Positions 12,389 to 24,705 of a DNA stretch of 64,000 nt are shown here, piece after piece. Numbering within the stretch: the first letter of the stretch is position 1; every line of letters begins with the position of its first letter. The notes beneath the pieces were generated by a model that was not told the origin of the DNA, made no database searches, and saw only the letters and a program-made list of their open reading frames with translations. The stretch is from Hydrolagus affinis (taxonomy: Eukaryota): positions 124,001 through 188,000 of the forward strand of contig JAAILG010000015.1 in assembly GCA_012026655.1 (NCBI GenBank), read 5' to 3'. The translations under genes were made by a program, and so were the position numbers.

Positions 12389-14237
12389 CCATGCCTACAA
12401 CTATTCAATTCTTTTGGTCAGCCGGGAGTCTGACACATGTGGAAACCCATTGCCAAGCTTAAGATTTTCCAAATGAACTGAGAATTCCAAATTGAGAAAT
12501 CCCACAGGTCTGAGCCCTCAGTTGACAAATGACCAATTGGTGACTCTCATCCTTGTTGGGAGGTAAGTGGGGTGGGTCTCTTTGGAAATGAACTGGCTCC
12601 AAGCTCATTATGTTCTAAATGTTGGAATTGAACCAGGATATTCCTTAGTTTGTTTTGTGTTCGTAAAGTTACATATTTCGGTTCTGAGAAATGGAATTAG
12701 TTGTAGGATTTTAATTACAGCAGTGGACCTGAAAGGCGCTGTACAATGTAATTTTGTTGTTGTTATTTTACTGTAGACGGGCCAGGTGCAAAAGACAACC
12801 ACTCCCTCCATTACTCTAAAGTGTGCCTCAGTCTCAAACTCACAAGAACCCCTACAGTTCCAGTGAGGAATGTATCATTTCCCACGTCACTCTCGCTCAC
12901 CAAATGAGATTTCATATTACTTCTAACTTGGTTTGAATTGTGAAGACTTTCATCCCGTGGACCTGTGCACAGTAGGAACTGAGCTGTGAATGCCCAAATT
13001 CATTTCTAGCTGGACCCTTGCAGAGAAAGGAGAGTTTCAGCCCATCTGTCTGTATTAATACAGATCCCAGAGATGAAATGAGCCTATTAAGCAGCAAGTC
13101 TTATCATAAGGAGCCATTTTATTACAGCATGAGTTGCATATTTTAGAAGGTAATTAGTTTACAATAAAATAGTTTTCTTTTTTATGAACACAATAGAGAG
13201 CACGTTTAACATCAAACAAGAAATCAATTCATATTGATTTCATAAGTGCGTTGCACTGTTATTTATTTTAGTAATGGGATAATTTAGAAGATTCATATAC
13301 TACGGTAGGTGCACACCCACGTGTTTTATCTGACGACTTCATCTAATTTGGTTTAGAATTGCCTACTAAATAGCAGGTAATTGTATCACTAATATCGAAA
13401 CATTTCTAAATGCAACCGGAAAAGGATTATGGCATTGGAGAGGAAAGGTCATATAATCCCTTTGACAAAAAAGATTGGGTCAGCCAGGGGAAAATGTGAC
13501 AGCACAAAACGAGGAGGGAAATGCTTTAATTTTGAAATCAGTTATGTGAATTTCTTTTTACAAACTACAGAAAAATTATTTCAAAGTTGAGACTGAATTT
13601 AACAATTTGCCAAATTCTGGAACTTATAAAATTCTACATTATAAATAACATAAATTTGGACCAAGTTAGAATTTTGCCAAATGCTAAAGAGGATCATAAA
13701 CTGAACAGCAGAGAGGTACAAATAAGATCGAAAAGATACGACATGAGCTTGGTGAATACCCCTGACGTGAAAGGCGCTCAATAAATGTCATTTTATTGTT
13801 GTTGTTGTTTTTTGCCTGCAAGAGACAGTAGGACACTGAATTACAATTCTATTTGTGGAAATTCTCCTGAATTCACTCCCGATATGGGTCCTGTTCAATT
13901 ATTTACCATTCAGATACAAACTGTGTGGTCATAATTTTGGGAGAGAAGATAAGTCACCCCGTTTGCAGTCAGACATTTCGGAATTGAAAAAATATTTATT
14001 ACCACCCGCTTGACTTAAATAATTCCCACTTTGTGAACGGTAAGACTGGAACCATGTCCAACTGAGACAGCTCTGACAATTTTGACATTCTTGCTATTTG
14101 TGAATCACTTTTAATAGAGCAGTTAATTATCAGGCTGCATCCATCCCTGGCTAGAATTTTGTTTGCTGCTGATATTGTCAGAATTCTCTATATTCCAAGC
14201 AGTGGACTGCAAGCCTGCAGCATTTGGAAGGAAATAA

Positions 14238-14655
14238 TACTAATAATAATCCTTGCATTTGATAGAATGCTTTTTCACATTGTCGAGATGTCTCGAAGCA
14301 TTTCACAGTACAGTATATACTATAAAGTGGATTGAATATGCATTTTGTGGGTGAACAGGGCAGCCAATTTGCGCACAGCAATGTCCCATCCCACAAAGAG
14401 TCTTGGAGTGAATTACCAATTTTTAATTGGGGTGGGATTTGTTGACCAGGAGAAACTCGCTTCTCTTTCGAATCGTGTTGTGGGATCTTTAACATCCACC
14501 TGAACAGGCAAACGGGGACCTCAGATTAACTTCTCATCTGAAGGAACAGAAACTCCCAACCCTCCAGCACTTCATTAGAATGTCGTTTTAGACTATATGA
14601 TTCCAAGTTTCTATGTGGGGCTTGAACTGAAAGCCTTCTGACTCAGAAGCAAGAA
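14238..14655 (-). mobile_element. SacSINE1/Deu-like SINE, full length, with the same (TTA) tail as the younger family
   Basis: Reverse complement head ttctgagtcagaaggctttcagttcaagcccc; Deu-like core cagatgagaagttaatctgaggtccccgtttgcctgttcaggtggatgttaaagatcccacaacacgattcgaaagagaag; tail caaatgcaaggattattatta. Confidence 0.8.
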
Positions 14656-15954
14656 TAATCCAGGATGACAAACAATGCCTTTGAAATATATGAACAGAAG
14701 CGTTTCTCGATGAAAGGAAGATCCTTTCGTTGACACTTTACTATCTACCAGCTTGGCGTATGCTCACGACATGAAAGGCACTCTATAAATGTAATTTTGT
14801 TGTTGTTGTTGTTGATTGTTTTTCACATTCGTGACAACAACTGTACCATTTCATTACCATTACTTGATTGTACCTGATTAGTAAAATGACTAAGTTTGGC
14901 AGTGGGTTGCTCTCCTTCAAATTTGGTCATGACTTTCTTTTGATTACCCTTGTTTCAATCTAATATGGCCCAATTCTCCTGATCAGATCAACTGAAAACA
15001 CTCAACAGAGTCAGCACATTCACCAATATCAACTTAACCTTACACCAAAAGGAGTTTCAAGTGAAAGGAATGACTGTGGTCCTCAGAGGCAATTGGAATG
15101 GTTTGAACCATCTCTTGGTCAAATGATCCAGATCTACCCCTATTCAGACCTGGTAAATCCTTACCAGACCACAAAATCTCATTTAAACAACTTTACATCA
15201 TGAGCAGTACACAGGCCCAGGTTTATCAATTCATTCACAACTTTCTTCAGGCTAAATGTTAACTAAAAGTCACAACAACAGTGCTGCTATCCCATCAGAT
15301 CATTAAGCAGGGAACAATGTGACGTTAATGAGAGGTACACTGTTAATCAAGGGTTTTGATGAGCAACAGTTTCACAAAATGTGTACAAAACTAATGAATT
15401 CACGTATTTCAAAACAGTGACAGAAAGCAAGTGTTGTGGAATTCAAACTGTGTAATTTTCTAAAGGAATCTTCAGTGTGAAGATCCATGTGGCTTAAACA
15501 TTTCACGTCAAGCTCCCAAATAGACTGGCAGCAGTTGTGTGACATCTTGAAAATGGAATTGTTCACCCAATAAACATCCCAACTGCCTTGTGCTTATCTG
15601 TGATCATTATTTAACCCAGACACAATAATAAACCCATAAGTAATGGAAATGTTGAGCTGCAACCAAATTTCACTCAGCACTGTGGTCAGTATCGAACCGA
15701 ATCTTCAAGGTGGTCACCTTCACTCGGACATGGCACTGCATCCTCACAGCGGCAATGTAGCAATTCTTTATAAAATGCACAGGTACAACTAGCAGACAGA
15801 AATGGACAAAAGTAATTTTTCCCTGTGCTATGTGCATCCCATTTGGTTCGCTTTATGGCTGGTTATGTTCAGCATCTGTTCGATGCATGCTGCTTTACTC
15901 ATTATAGATAAGTCAATAAATCAATTAAGACTGCAGTGCAGCAAAAGCTTCCGG

Positions 15955-15974
15955 GAGAGAGAGAGAGAGAGAGA
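15955..15974. repeat. (GA)n microsatellite
   Basis: Seen directly. Confidence 0.9.
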
Positions 15975-16264
15975 GTCGTTTGGAAAGCAGTAAATTGACT
16001 CTGGCGACATGACTATATACGGCGCCTGGAGTGCAGTTGGATGGTCTGCACTTCAAATGCTGTTCCACCTGATCAATTTGCCAGAAGCAAAAGGGTAGTT
16101 GGATCTCAAATGACTTGCACCCTTCCAATTCATAAACTCTTCTTTTTCACATCCAATTCAATTTTGACCAAGACAATCATAATTTTCATATTTCTCTCCC
16201 AAATGTCATCCTTTCAGCACTAATGTAAAATGCTTGCTGCGATTTGAACTTGTTCTGATTATAT

Positions 16265-16400
16265 AATAATACTAATAATGATCTGTGCATTTGATAAAGT
16301 GCTTCATCACTGTCATTGAGATGTCTCAATGGAGCTTTACAGGATATACTATAAAGTGAGGTGACTGTGTATTTTGTGGGTGAAAATACGTGACTATTGG
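16265..16400 (-). mobile_element. SINE 3' fragment
   Basis: taataatgatctgtgcatttgataaagtgcttcatcactgtcattgagatgtctcaa...tattttgtgggtgaa. Confidence 0.75.
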
Positions 16401-16849
16401 ACATACTGTCTGGTATCACTTTAATTTAGATTGGTTCACAAGCTTAGCAACATGGCTTTGGATGATAATAATAACTCAATACTGATATATCCTCAGTTTT
16501 AAGGTAAAGACAATTCAATGGTAAGCTTTAGTTTCTCAAGCATACAGAAAGACTGATGGGTGGACATTTACTCGGTAAACACAATTCTTGGAAAAATACA
16601 GGAACAGGCTTGGATTGATCTGTTCCAAGATCTACCATAATCCATGATCACATAGAAGCAGATGCTCTTCTAACTTGTAGCATCTGTTTCCACTGTACCA
16701 CAGTGGAATAAACACTGGTAACTTTAATATTCGATTTTGAAATAATAAATTTCATCTGACACATCTTAAGTGTGACAAGTTGACTTTATAACGTACAGTG
16801 TTCCTGCACAAATTAAATTGGTTATTCATCTCATACTGAAGTCACTTTA

Positions 16850-17030
16850 TAGAACATACTGCAAAAGCACTTTATGCTGTCCTCCAGATGTGAGAGGTGC
16901 TGTATCAAATGTAAGAATTATTATTATAAAATCAGAGCATCTGAGAGCCTAAAGAATAGTGCTTGCATTTGATATAGCACATTATCATTTTGTGGAGATG
17001 TCTCAAAGTGCTTCATCAGATTTTCTGTAA
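16850..17030. mobile_element. Two SINE 3' fragments tail-to-tail (+ 16850-16927; - 16955-17030)
   Basis: gtgctgtatcaaatgtaagaattattatta followed ~28 bp later by cttgcatttgatatagcac...gagatgtctcaaagtgcttca. Confidence 0.7.
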
Positions 17031-19319
17031 AACGGTGTGGCCCCAGTTGTAACAAACAAGTCAGTTTGATTCAACCGAGAATCACTTAATTATTACCCCC
17101 TGCATCTCAGCCTCTGGTTTCCACTCACTCCCTTTCCCGATAGTAGGCCTGAGGTGAGAAAGTTATCATGTGGACTATAATGTGAAATGTATCATTCAGA
17201 CACTGGTAAGCAGTGAATAGGACTCATGAAATCACCGAAGGAGAGCTGCTTAATGTAATCAAAATGAAGCATCTTGCACTAAATATCTGGAGCTAAGCTT
17301 TCTCTTGCCATGCTTTGAAAGCACAGGAGCAAATGCTTCAGTAAATTAAAAGATACGGCCTGTTGCAATGCTTCGGGTAATAGAAGCAACTCAAGTGAAT
17401 ACATTCCTTCACTTTTCTTACAAAAATTGAAAGTGCTTTGAGTTTCTTCGCTAGCTCTCATCTCCCGATTCACCTATAAAACACACAGTCACTACACTGT
17501 GACAAAAAATGGTGCTAAGCACTTTGCAACATTTTTGTGTTGGAAAATATTAAAATGGTTTTGCACTATCACATTTATTTTGACTGTTGCCACGTGGAGA
17601 GTCTAGATTTGCTCTAGTTTCTTGGCATTTCAGAGAAACCCAAAACATTGGCAAATTCTTCAACCCAACCTCAATTCGTTTAGCACTCACAGACGCACAG
17701 GAAATGGACTGCCCATTTCAGTTACCATAAGTGGGAGTTGACAGGGCAGTGTTTTATATCATTACTCGAACGTTGTCTTCATTACTGGAGGAAAATCTTT
17801 CATCTTAAATTGTTTGAAATTCTGAGATAATAATTAATAATAATAAAAAAGATAAGATACTGAGGCAAATTAAGATCTTACAAAAAATAATAAGTTAAGA
17901 ATGCAAATACAAGAATAATTCAAAGTGACAGAGAAGTTTTGGACATGAAGCTGCACTCAGCATATCCATTGATGTTAGGAATGCCTGAGACAAAGGCTTA
18001 AATTTTCCTCCTGTCTGTAACATTTATACATGAGCAGGAAGAAAATCAGGCTTCCAGCATTCCGTCATTTTGAATAGAAGTTGCAATTTTCTTCCTGTCT
18101 CTATTACAACTTTCTAAATCACATTTGCTGAACACAGTGTTGAAAAAGCAAAATAAAGGCACATAAGCAACATTGGATGCCATTTAAGCTGTGAAACCTA
18201 TAATTGTCTACTCCTCCATAGCTAACTGAACATGATGCATTCAATCATGGCCTGATTGGCTTAAAAGGAGACATTCCTTGGTGATACGCACATAATTTTC
18301 TGCACTTATTGCGAGATTTTTTTTACTTCATCAACAACAACAACTTTGATTTATATAGCGCCCTCCACGCCGGACGGCGTCTCAGAACATCATCCGGCAT
18401 TTATTTTGGTTAAGGAGGGGCATTGTTCTCTTTCATGTCGGGAGGACGATCCCGAGGCGCTGAACAATCAGGTCGGGACTATTCCATTCTACTTCCAGAT
18501 GAAATAACATGCAACTTTAAAAACAAGCAAGTTTCCAACAAGAATTTGAAGTTATCCCCATTTGGTGAAGTATTCACTTGATTACAGCCTTGCTACAAAA
18601 AGAGCAGTTTTCTGTGTGTGCATGTGTGTATGAAAGTGTATGTGGCATTGCCTTTGGCCCTCAGTGCTCATTTTTGACCTATTTCTGTGTCTTAATATAG
18701 GAACTTTGTTTCACATAACCATGTCCAGCGTCCACTGGAACCTGCCAATGAAAATGGGTCAGCATGTGTTCTGATGCAGACGACTTGTAAGGCCACAGGT
18801 CCCCTGTTACTGAAACCTCGGAGTTTTGTAAGCCCAGACCTTGCATCACCAGGCTGATTAGCAATTGCACTGCCTGAAGCTACACTGAGACAAAACCATA
18901 AAGGAATAGAAGGCCCCATTAAACCCATTTATTGTACCGCTTCATCCAATTAACTTTACCCAATTCTGCATGCAATTAATTTTTCATTTTAATTATATAT
19001 AGATATATACAGTATTTGGTATCAACAGAATACATTATGAAAACATGGATACATTATACAGCATATGATTTAAATGCCACTCAGGGTATTGACTGTATTT
19101 CATTGTTTCAACATTCAGGTCATTCCCCTCCTCCCCGTCACTCATGGAGTATAAATCATTTCCTCCTGGATCCTCGTAATGTGTCCTCCATAAAGTGCCA
19201 GATGAGTTTAAGACAGTCGTGAATTTCTCTGTGTGGCGAGAGCAGTTGGGAGATGCACCAAAACTTGACCACCTCATTCCGAATCTAATGTTTTCAACAG
19301 CAAAATGTGGAGCTGCCAT

Positions 19320-19885
19320 TAACAACAACGACAAAGTTATATTTGTAGAGCGCCTTGCATGTCGGGAGTATGTCCCAAGGCGCTGAACAGTCAGGAGATG
19401 GCGGCTGAAAGCACAGTCAAAAAGGAGGGTCTTGAGATTGGCCTTGAAGAAGACAAGGGAGCGAGCAAGGTGAAGGGATTATGGGATGGAGTTCCAAAGC
19501 GTGGAGGAAGAGAGGCTGAAATCCCGGCCACCGATGATAGGGCGAGTTTGGTAGGAGACATGGAGCAGGCCAGAGCCTGCTGAACGGAGGGAGAGGACAG
19601 GTTGTTCGGGGTTCAGCAGGTCAGAGAAGTAGGAGGGGTGAAGGCCTTGGAGATCCTTGAAAGAGAAGACAAGTACCTTGAATTCTATCCTCCAAGGGAT
19701 GGGGACCCAGTGGAGCCTGGCGAGGATGGGGGTGATGGTTTGTGGAGTCTGGTTGGATTTGAATTGCAGAGTTTTGGATGATCTGCAGCTTGTGGAGGGA
19801 AGAGTTGGGGAGGCTGACAAGGAGGGAGTTGAGCATTGAGATGACAAAGTGAAGTGGGGTAACAGCGGTAACCCACTCCACATGA
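19320..19885 (-). mobile_element. L2-clade LINE 3' fragment (ORF2 C-terminus + 3' tail), frameshifted
   Basis: Translations NSLLVSLPNSSLHKLQIIQNSA and TITPILARLHWVPIPWRIEFKVLVFSFKDLQGLHPSYFSDLL...LRS...IGGRDFS...LWNSIP are typical L2 ORF2 C-terminal motifs; ends in a (TTG)n tail. Confidence 0.92.
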
Positions 19886-20304
19886 TGCAAAATCAAAGAA
19901 GGATGAATATCCCTGGGCTGAGAGAAATTATTTCAAAGAACGTAGGGCCGCAGTTAACTCCACTAACATCCTGCTTGACATAGGCTGATGCTGTCAGCAA
20001 CAGTATGTAATGTAGGCACAAAAAGTATTTACTTGACATCAAAGTGTAGCTAAAAGCATTCTGTTGACAAGAATGAGTACAGAATGGAGTCAGATTTTGT
20101 TTTAAAGTACTGCGATACATTCAAAGTAAATATTCACCATTTTCATGTCAATACTTTCTTCAGATCCTGCCTTCCTACTCCCTCTGTCGTAAGTGATAAT
20201 TGACTTAATATCTTCTCTGAAGCTTGTATTTTATTGTTATACCGTCATCGTCCTCTCCATATTTATATTGACCACACAGTTTTCTTCAGTGAAGAGAGGA
20301 TGAG

Positions 20305-20430
20305 TAAAGTAAGTTCAGGCAGATGGGATCTTGGTTTGACTTCTCATTCAAAGTCAGCACTTCCAACAGTCCCTTCCCCAAGTATACTGCATTGGAGCCT
20401 AGACTATACAAGTTCAAATTGCCGGTCCTG
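20305..20430 (-). mobile_element. Old SacSINE1/Deu-like fragment
   Basis: caggcagatgggatcttggtttgacttctcattcaaagtcagcacttccaacagt...tactgcattggagcctagactat. Confidence 0.6.
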
Positions 20431-20951
20431 GAAACCCGTTTGAAGAGTTAATGGAAGTTGAATATTAGGCCCTATTACATTCCTATTTCTCACTCTAACA
20501 ATAACTGAGTTCAGGGGAATTATTACTAGCAACGAGTGGTAAAAGAGATTGATCGATGGAAATCCTCATTACTGTAGCTGCTTTCATCACAGCGGTATCA
20601 AATATTTATTTCCTTGCCTTAACTCATTCAGAAAGTGTGACAAGCTGTTACATTTGTAATGGCACCAGGATACCAAATATAACTGACTGCCAATTGCAAT
20701 GTTAAAATAAAACACACAGTCTGGGTTTCCCAAAGGGTATGGGAATCATGTGTAAGTTTGTTAGCGGGGCTACGAGATGAAAATATCAGTGGTGTTTCAA
20801 TAAACTAAAACGCAATTCATTTTGCACTTCATTGCTGTGCTTTGATGTAAGTCAGGTTTCCTTCAACATTTTACTTTGAATTAGGTGGTTTGTTTCCAGT
20901 TGAAAACATCTCAATATCTCCGCTAGACCCTCTTACGGGACTCTCATGTGC

Positions 20952-21030
20952 GTAAGAACATAAGAAATGCTAGACAAAAAAAAACAAGATCCATCTAGTT
21001 CGCCTTCCACCTTTCTGGGAGTCACATGTC
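20952..21030 (-). mobile_element. CR1-type 3' end relic
   Basis: taagaacataagaaatgctagac...gatccatctagttcgcc; 8-bp CATAAGAA repeats typical of CR1 tails. Confidence 0.5.
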
Positions 21031-21432
21031 CTCAACTGTCTATGTTCTATATCCACTATGCAGTTTTATTGTTCTCCTTTCTTTTTTTTCGTATGAACAA
21101 AAAAATCTCATTTTCTCTTCAGCACTGACATAATTTTTAATGAAACCAGTTTTATTTCTCAACCTACATTCTGTGGATTAATCTTCTCGAATATTTATCA
21201 GGAAATTGACCCCGAAGGTTTGATGGATCCTGTCAATAAATAAACATCATGAATAGTTGATATACCGCCAGCGGCTGCTCATTATCCTGTTTCATATATT
21301 TAAAAAATCATCAAAAGAAAGCCATCAGTTTATTGGCTTCAGTTGAAGAATAGTGGCAGCAAAACAGTAATTAATCCTGACTGAGGTACATAAAGGATAA
21401 CACTGAGGCAAATTAAATTAACAATGTTAGAT

Positions 21433-21520
21433 GTCAGCCTAGTTCAGTTGGTAGCACTCTCACCTTGAGTCAAAGGTTGAGTGTGTGTTCAAGCAGTTCA
21501 GATTTTGAACTCACATCATC
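21433..21520 (+). mobile_element. SacSINE1-like tRNA head fragment
   Basis: tagttcagttggtagcactctcaccttgagtcaaaggttg...gttcaagc (A and B boxes). Confidence 0.6.
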
Positions 21521-22184
21521 CTATAGGTTTGACAAGATTCGACAATGTTGGAACAATTCTTTTTTAATAGCCTTTGCAAGGCGTCAATAAGCGCAAAAAA
21601 AATTTGTGTTAATGATCTTTCATTCCCCCTCAATTCCACCCAATTTACACACTGTTACATTGTCACAGAATCAAACCAATAGTTCTTCAACTAAAGTAGA
21701 AAAGAGTGCTATAGCAAAACAGGAATGGATTGAACACTTCTGCTTTTAATACTCAGATCCCTTTGCCAAACTGCTTTTGGCTTGATTTGCAATTTATTAC
21801 CCCGGCTTCGCGGCATTTGGTTTAAATGTGGAAAAATGGTCACTTAGTTCATTTTAAATCAAACATAAAATTTTGCTTATTGGAATATTGAAGCGCAGCC
21901 TAAAAGCCAATGAAGCTACTTCTGACATAATGAGCGGGATATGTGATAAATATCACATCACATAGCCCATATTTATTTCCCCTTTTATTTCTTTGTTCTG
22001 CTGATGATTCTAAGTAATAAAATTCATCCATCAATATTTTTTTGGCTGGTTAACTTTGCCTGAGAGTAAGACATTCAGTTAGACTCTCAATCCAGAGAGC
22101 AGTGTTGCTTGCTAATTTTAATACCTTAGTACTTTATTTCATTTGCCTTTAATGGCAAAACCCCTTAGTTTCCCCATCCATATG

Positions 22185-22362
22185 GACTTCGCTGAGCTAA
22201 CATCTGAATTGGTGGATGGGGTGCAAAGCAAGCTGCAGTTCATGACATGGTCTTGTAAAGAAAAATGCGCAAACTTTGTGTTGCAACCCTGCAGACCTCA
22301 AGCTTATTCCTAGGGGTACGTGGCAGAGGACCATTAATCACTGTCTAGCCTCGCTGGAGGAG
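22185..22362 (+). mobile_element. LF-SINE-like relic
   Basis: gctgagctaac... and cactgtctagcctc resemble recalled LF-SINE segments gctgagttagctgatctc and cactgtctaggctc. Confidence 0.35.
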
Positions 22363-24504
22363 CTGAGTTTAAATCTCGCCCCCTGCCAATTCATCCATGG
22401 CTGAAGGGTATTGAGGGTAACAAGTAAAATCAATTCTCGGAAGTGTTGATTAATCCTCATGGCCCACGGCACGTAGCTGTAAAATAAATAAATAGCCTCT
22501 TTGTTCGGTCACTGACGAACGATTCACATGAGAACTCATGAAAATGGGTTTTGTCAGTTCATGGTCAGTATTCTCGTGAGAATTAAATCACATCCCCAAC
22601 TGATTTACCTTTCCCTGCTCTCTTCCCCTCATCACGTGATTCCTTCTTACTCATCAAACATCAGGCAAAGGATCTTTCTTTGTGAACTCTGCCGGTGCAC
22701 AAAAGTAGAAAGAAGTGGGATATATGCAATGTAGGATTTCCACGCTCTACAATAACTTGGGGAATTTTTTGTTGCTTAATAGAGATGAATTTAAAATTAA
22801 GATTTAATGGAAATTGATTTTGCTAATTGTCTCAAACATTTGGCATCTATTCAAAAATATTTAATCTTCATTTTTGCTCAACTTCAATGATGACCTAACA
22901 AGCCTTGGCCCGTGTAATAAATTCCCATGACATAGTTGAAATAAAGTCGAACCTGTTTGCTGCCTGTAGCTACTGCAGTTAACTGAATCCATTGGTGCAA
23001 ACGCCACTGAGATTCATTACAGTCACAACCAATTATAATGCATAAATGGAATTATAACATCACAATAGCAAGACCCGAGCCCCTGCTCGCATGCTTACTT
23101 TATGAATCTGGAGATCAAAATGTATATCAGTGCCTATGTCAGCAGTGGGAAGCTGGAGGTTAGGTGTAGTGGTTAATGTGCATTGCCATGACAGCACATA
23201 AGGAGATTAGTAGTGCACTTTACTTAAAGTCATGCAGTGTGGAAAAAGTTAAGATCTTCTCATGTTGGTCAGGCAGAGCTTGTACAGTGTGAGGGCCAAA
23301 TACTTCAAATGTTACTATGATGGTACAGCAATGGTTCCAGATTTACTCTATTAAAGTAAACATTTCAGGGTGTACAGAGTTTCGCAAGGGTTGAACTGAG
23401 TTTATATTTTGTTTGAAGGCCATTTCTGTAAGTCCTCAAATGAATTTTCAGAAAAATAGCTTCAAAAGATTAATGGTTAGATTAAAAAGCTCAAGAATTT
23501 CTGGAAACTCTAAAAATGTTCTATTAATATTAATATAGTAGATCTAGATTCAGGAAGAATTTCTACAAACAAGTGACGCGGAAAGTTAATTTGGTTTCCA
23601 GAATCACATGCGGCAAAAATGAAACAAAAGCAATGAAACATTGAAATTACGCCAGCAAGTAAGTAGAAGAGAAAGAAAATGTGAGAAGTGAGGTTATCTC
23701 TATGTGCCTTAAAGTGATTCATACCAACGGGTTTGATTAGAAAGAAGGAGCTGTGAATCGTGCTGAGGATTATGTAGGTCACAAGGAAATAATAACATCA
23801 GAGAGACAGGAGAGCAACCTAGCGTTGACGCAAAGCAGACTTAGGTTTAATGTTTCAGGTTTGTGGAGCTGCTGTGATCCAGAAAATGAGGCACAACACG
23901 AAGCATTGGGCTTCATTAAATGAGCTAGTGAATCCAGCGGTGAATAAGAAATGGTTTGGCAATTTGTAATATTATCCCATTGATGGGATTGTGACCAAAA
24001 GAAAATGAATGATGAGCAGCAGCTACCACTGAGGAGCTCTTTATTTTCAATACACAAGGTCACCAGCTTGGCAGGGCTGGGGAATGTTTAATTCAGCTTT
24101 ACAAAGGGAAAAGAAAATGTATTTGTTATTGAAGCTAGTGTATATTTCATATCTTCCCAATAGTTTCGATAAATCATTCTCCACTAATGTTCGTACCCTA
24201 AGCGTGCTTACATTCTACTCTCTCTTAAACAGATCGCAGAGAACTGCTGTGTCCTGGTTATTTGCAGGACTAATATCACTTGTAAGATTGTATTTCTGGA
24301 ACTTACAAGATGAGGTGTTTGTTCCCGCACAGTGTTCAGTGACAGGTTTGGCAGCAGATTCACATTTATTATAGGAGCTTTTTTTCTCTTCACTTTTCTC
24401 TCCTTCGCTCCCCAAAGCATTTAATTTCTCATATTATTTTACTGGGGGTATGGTTACATGAACACCGTGTGCTATTTCACTCAATTGTGAACTTTTGCAC
24501 TTTT

Positions 24505-24705
24505 GCCTATCAGCGGGTTCGTTAACTGTGCGGGAGAACATCACAGCTAAAGCTGATCCTGTGCATAAGAGACACACTCAAAGGCCCAACTCCAGCATCT
24601 CGGCTAGGTGAAACCTGGCTGATCTTCCCTTTCCTACATCAGCTAACTGGAAACCTTCATGGTCCCAATGGTTCAGACACGCACTGGGTAAACTCGCTGA
24701 CCCTT
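24505..24705 (-). mobile_element. LF-SINE-like relic
   Basis: Reverse complement ggaccatgaaggtttcc-agttagctgat-aggaaagggaagatcagccaggtttc...cacaggatcagctttagctgtgatgttctcccgcacagtt follows the order of recalled LF-SINE blocks. Confidence 0.6.
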
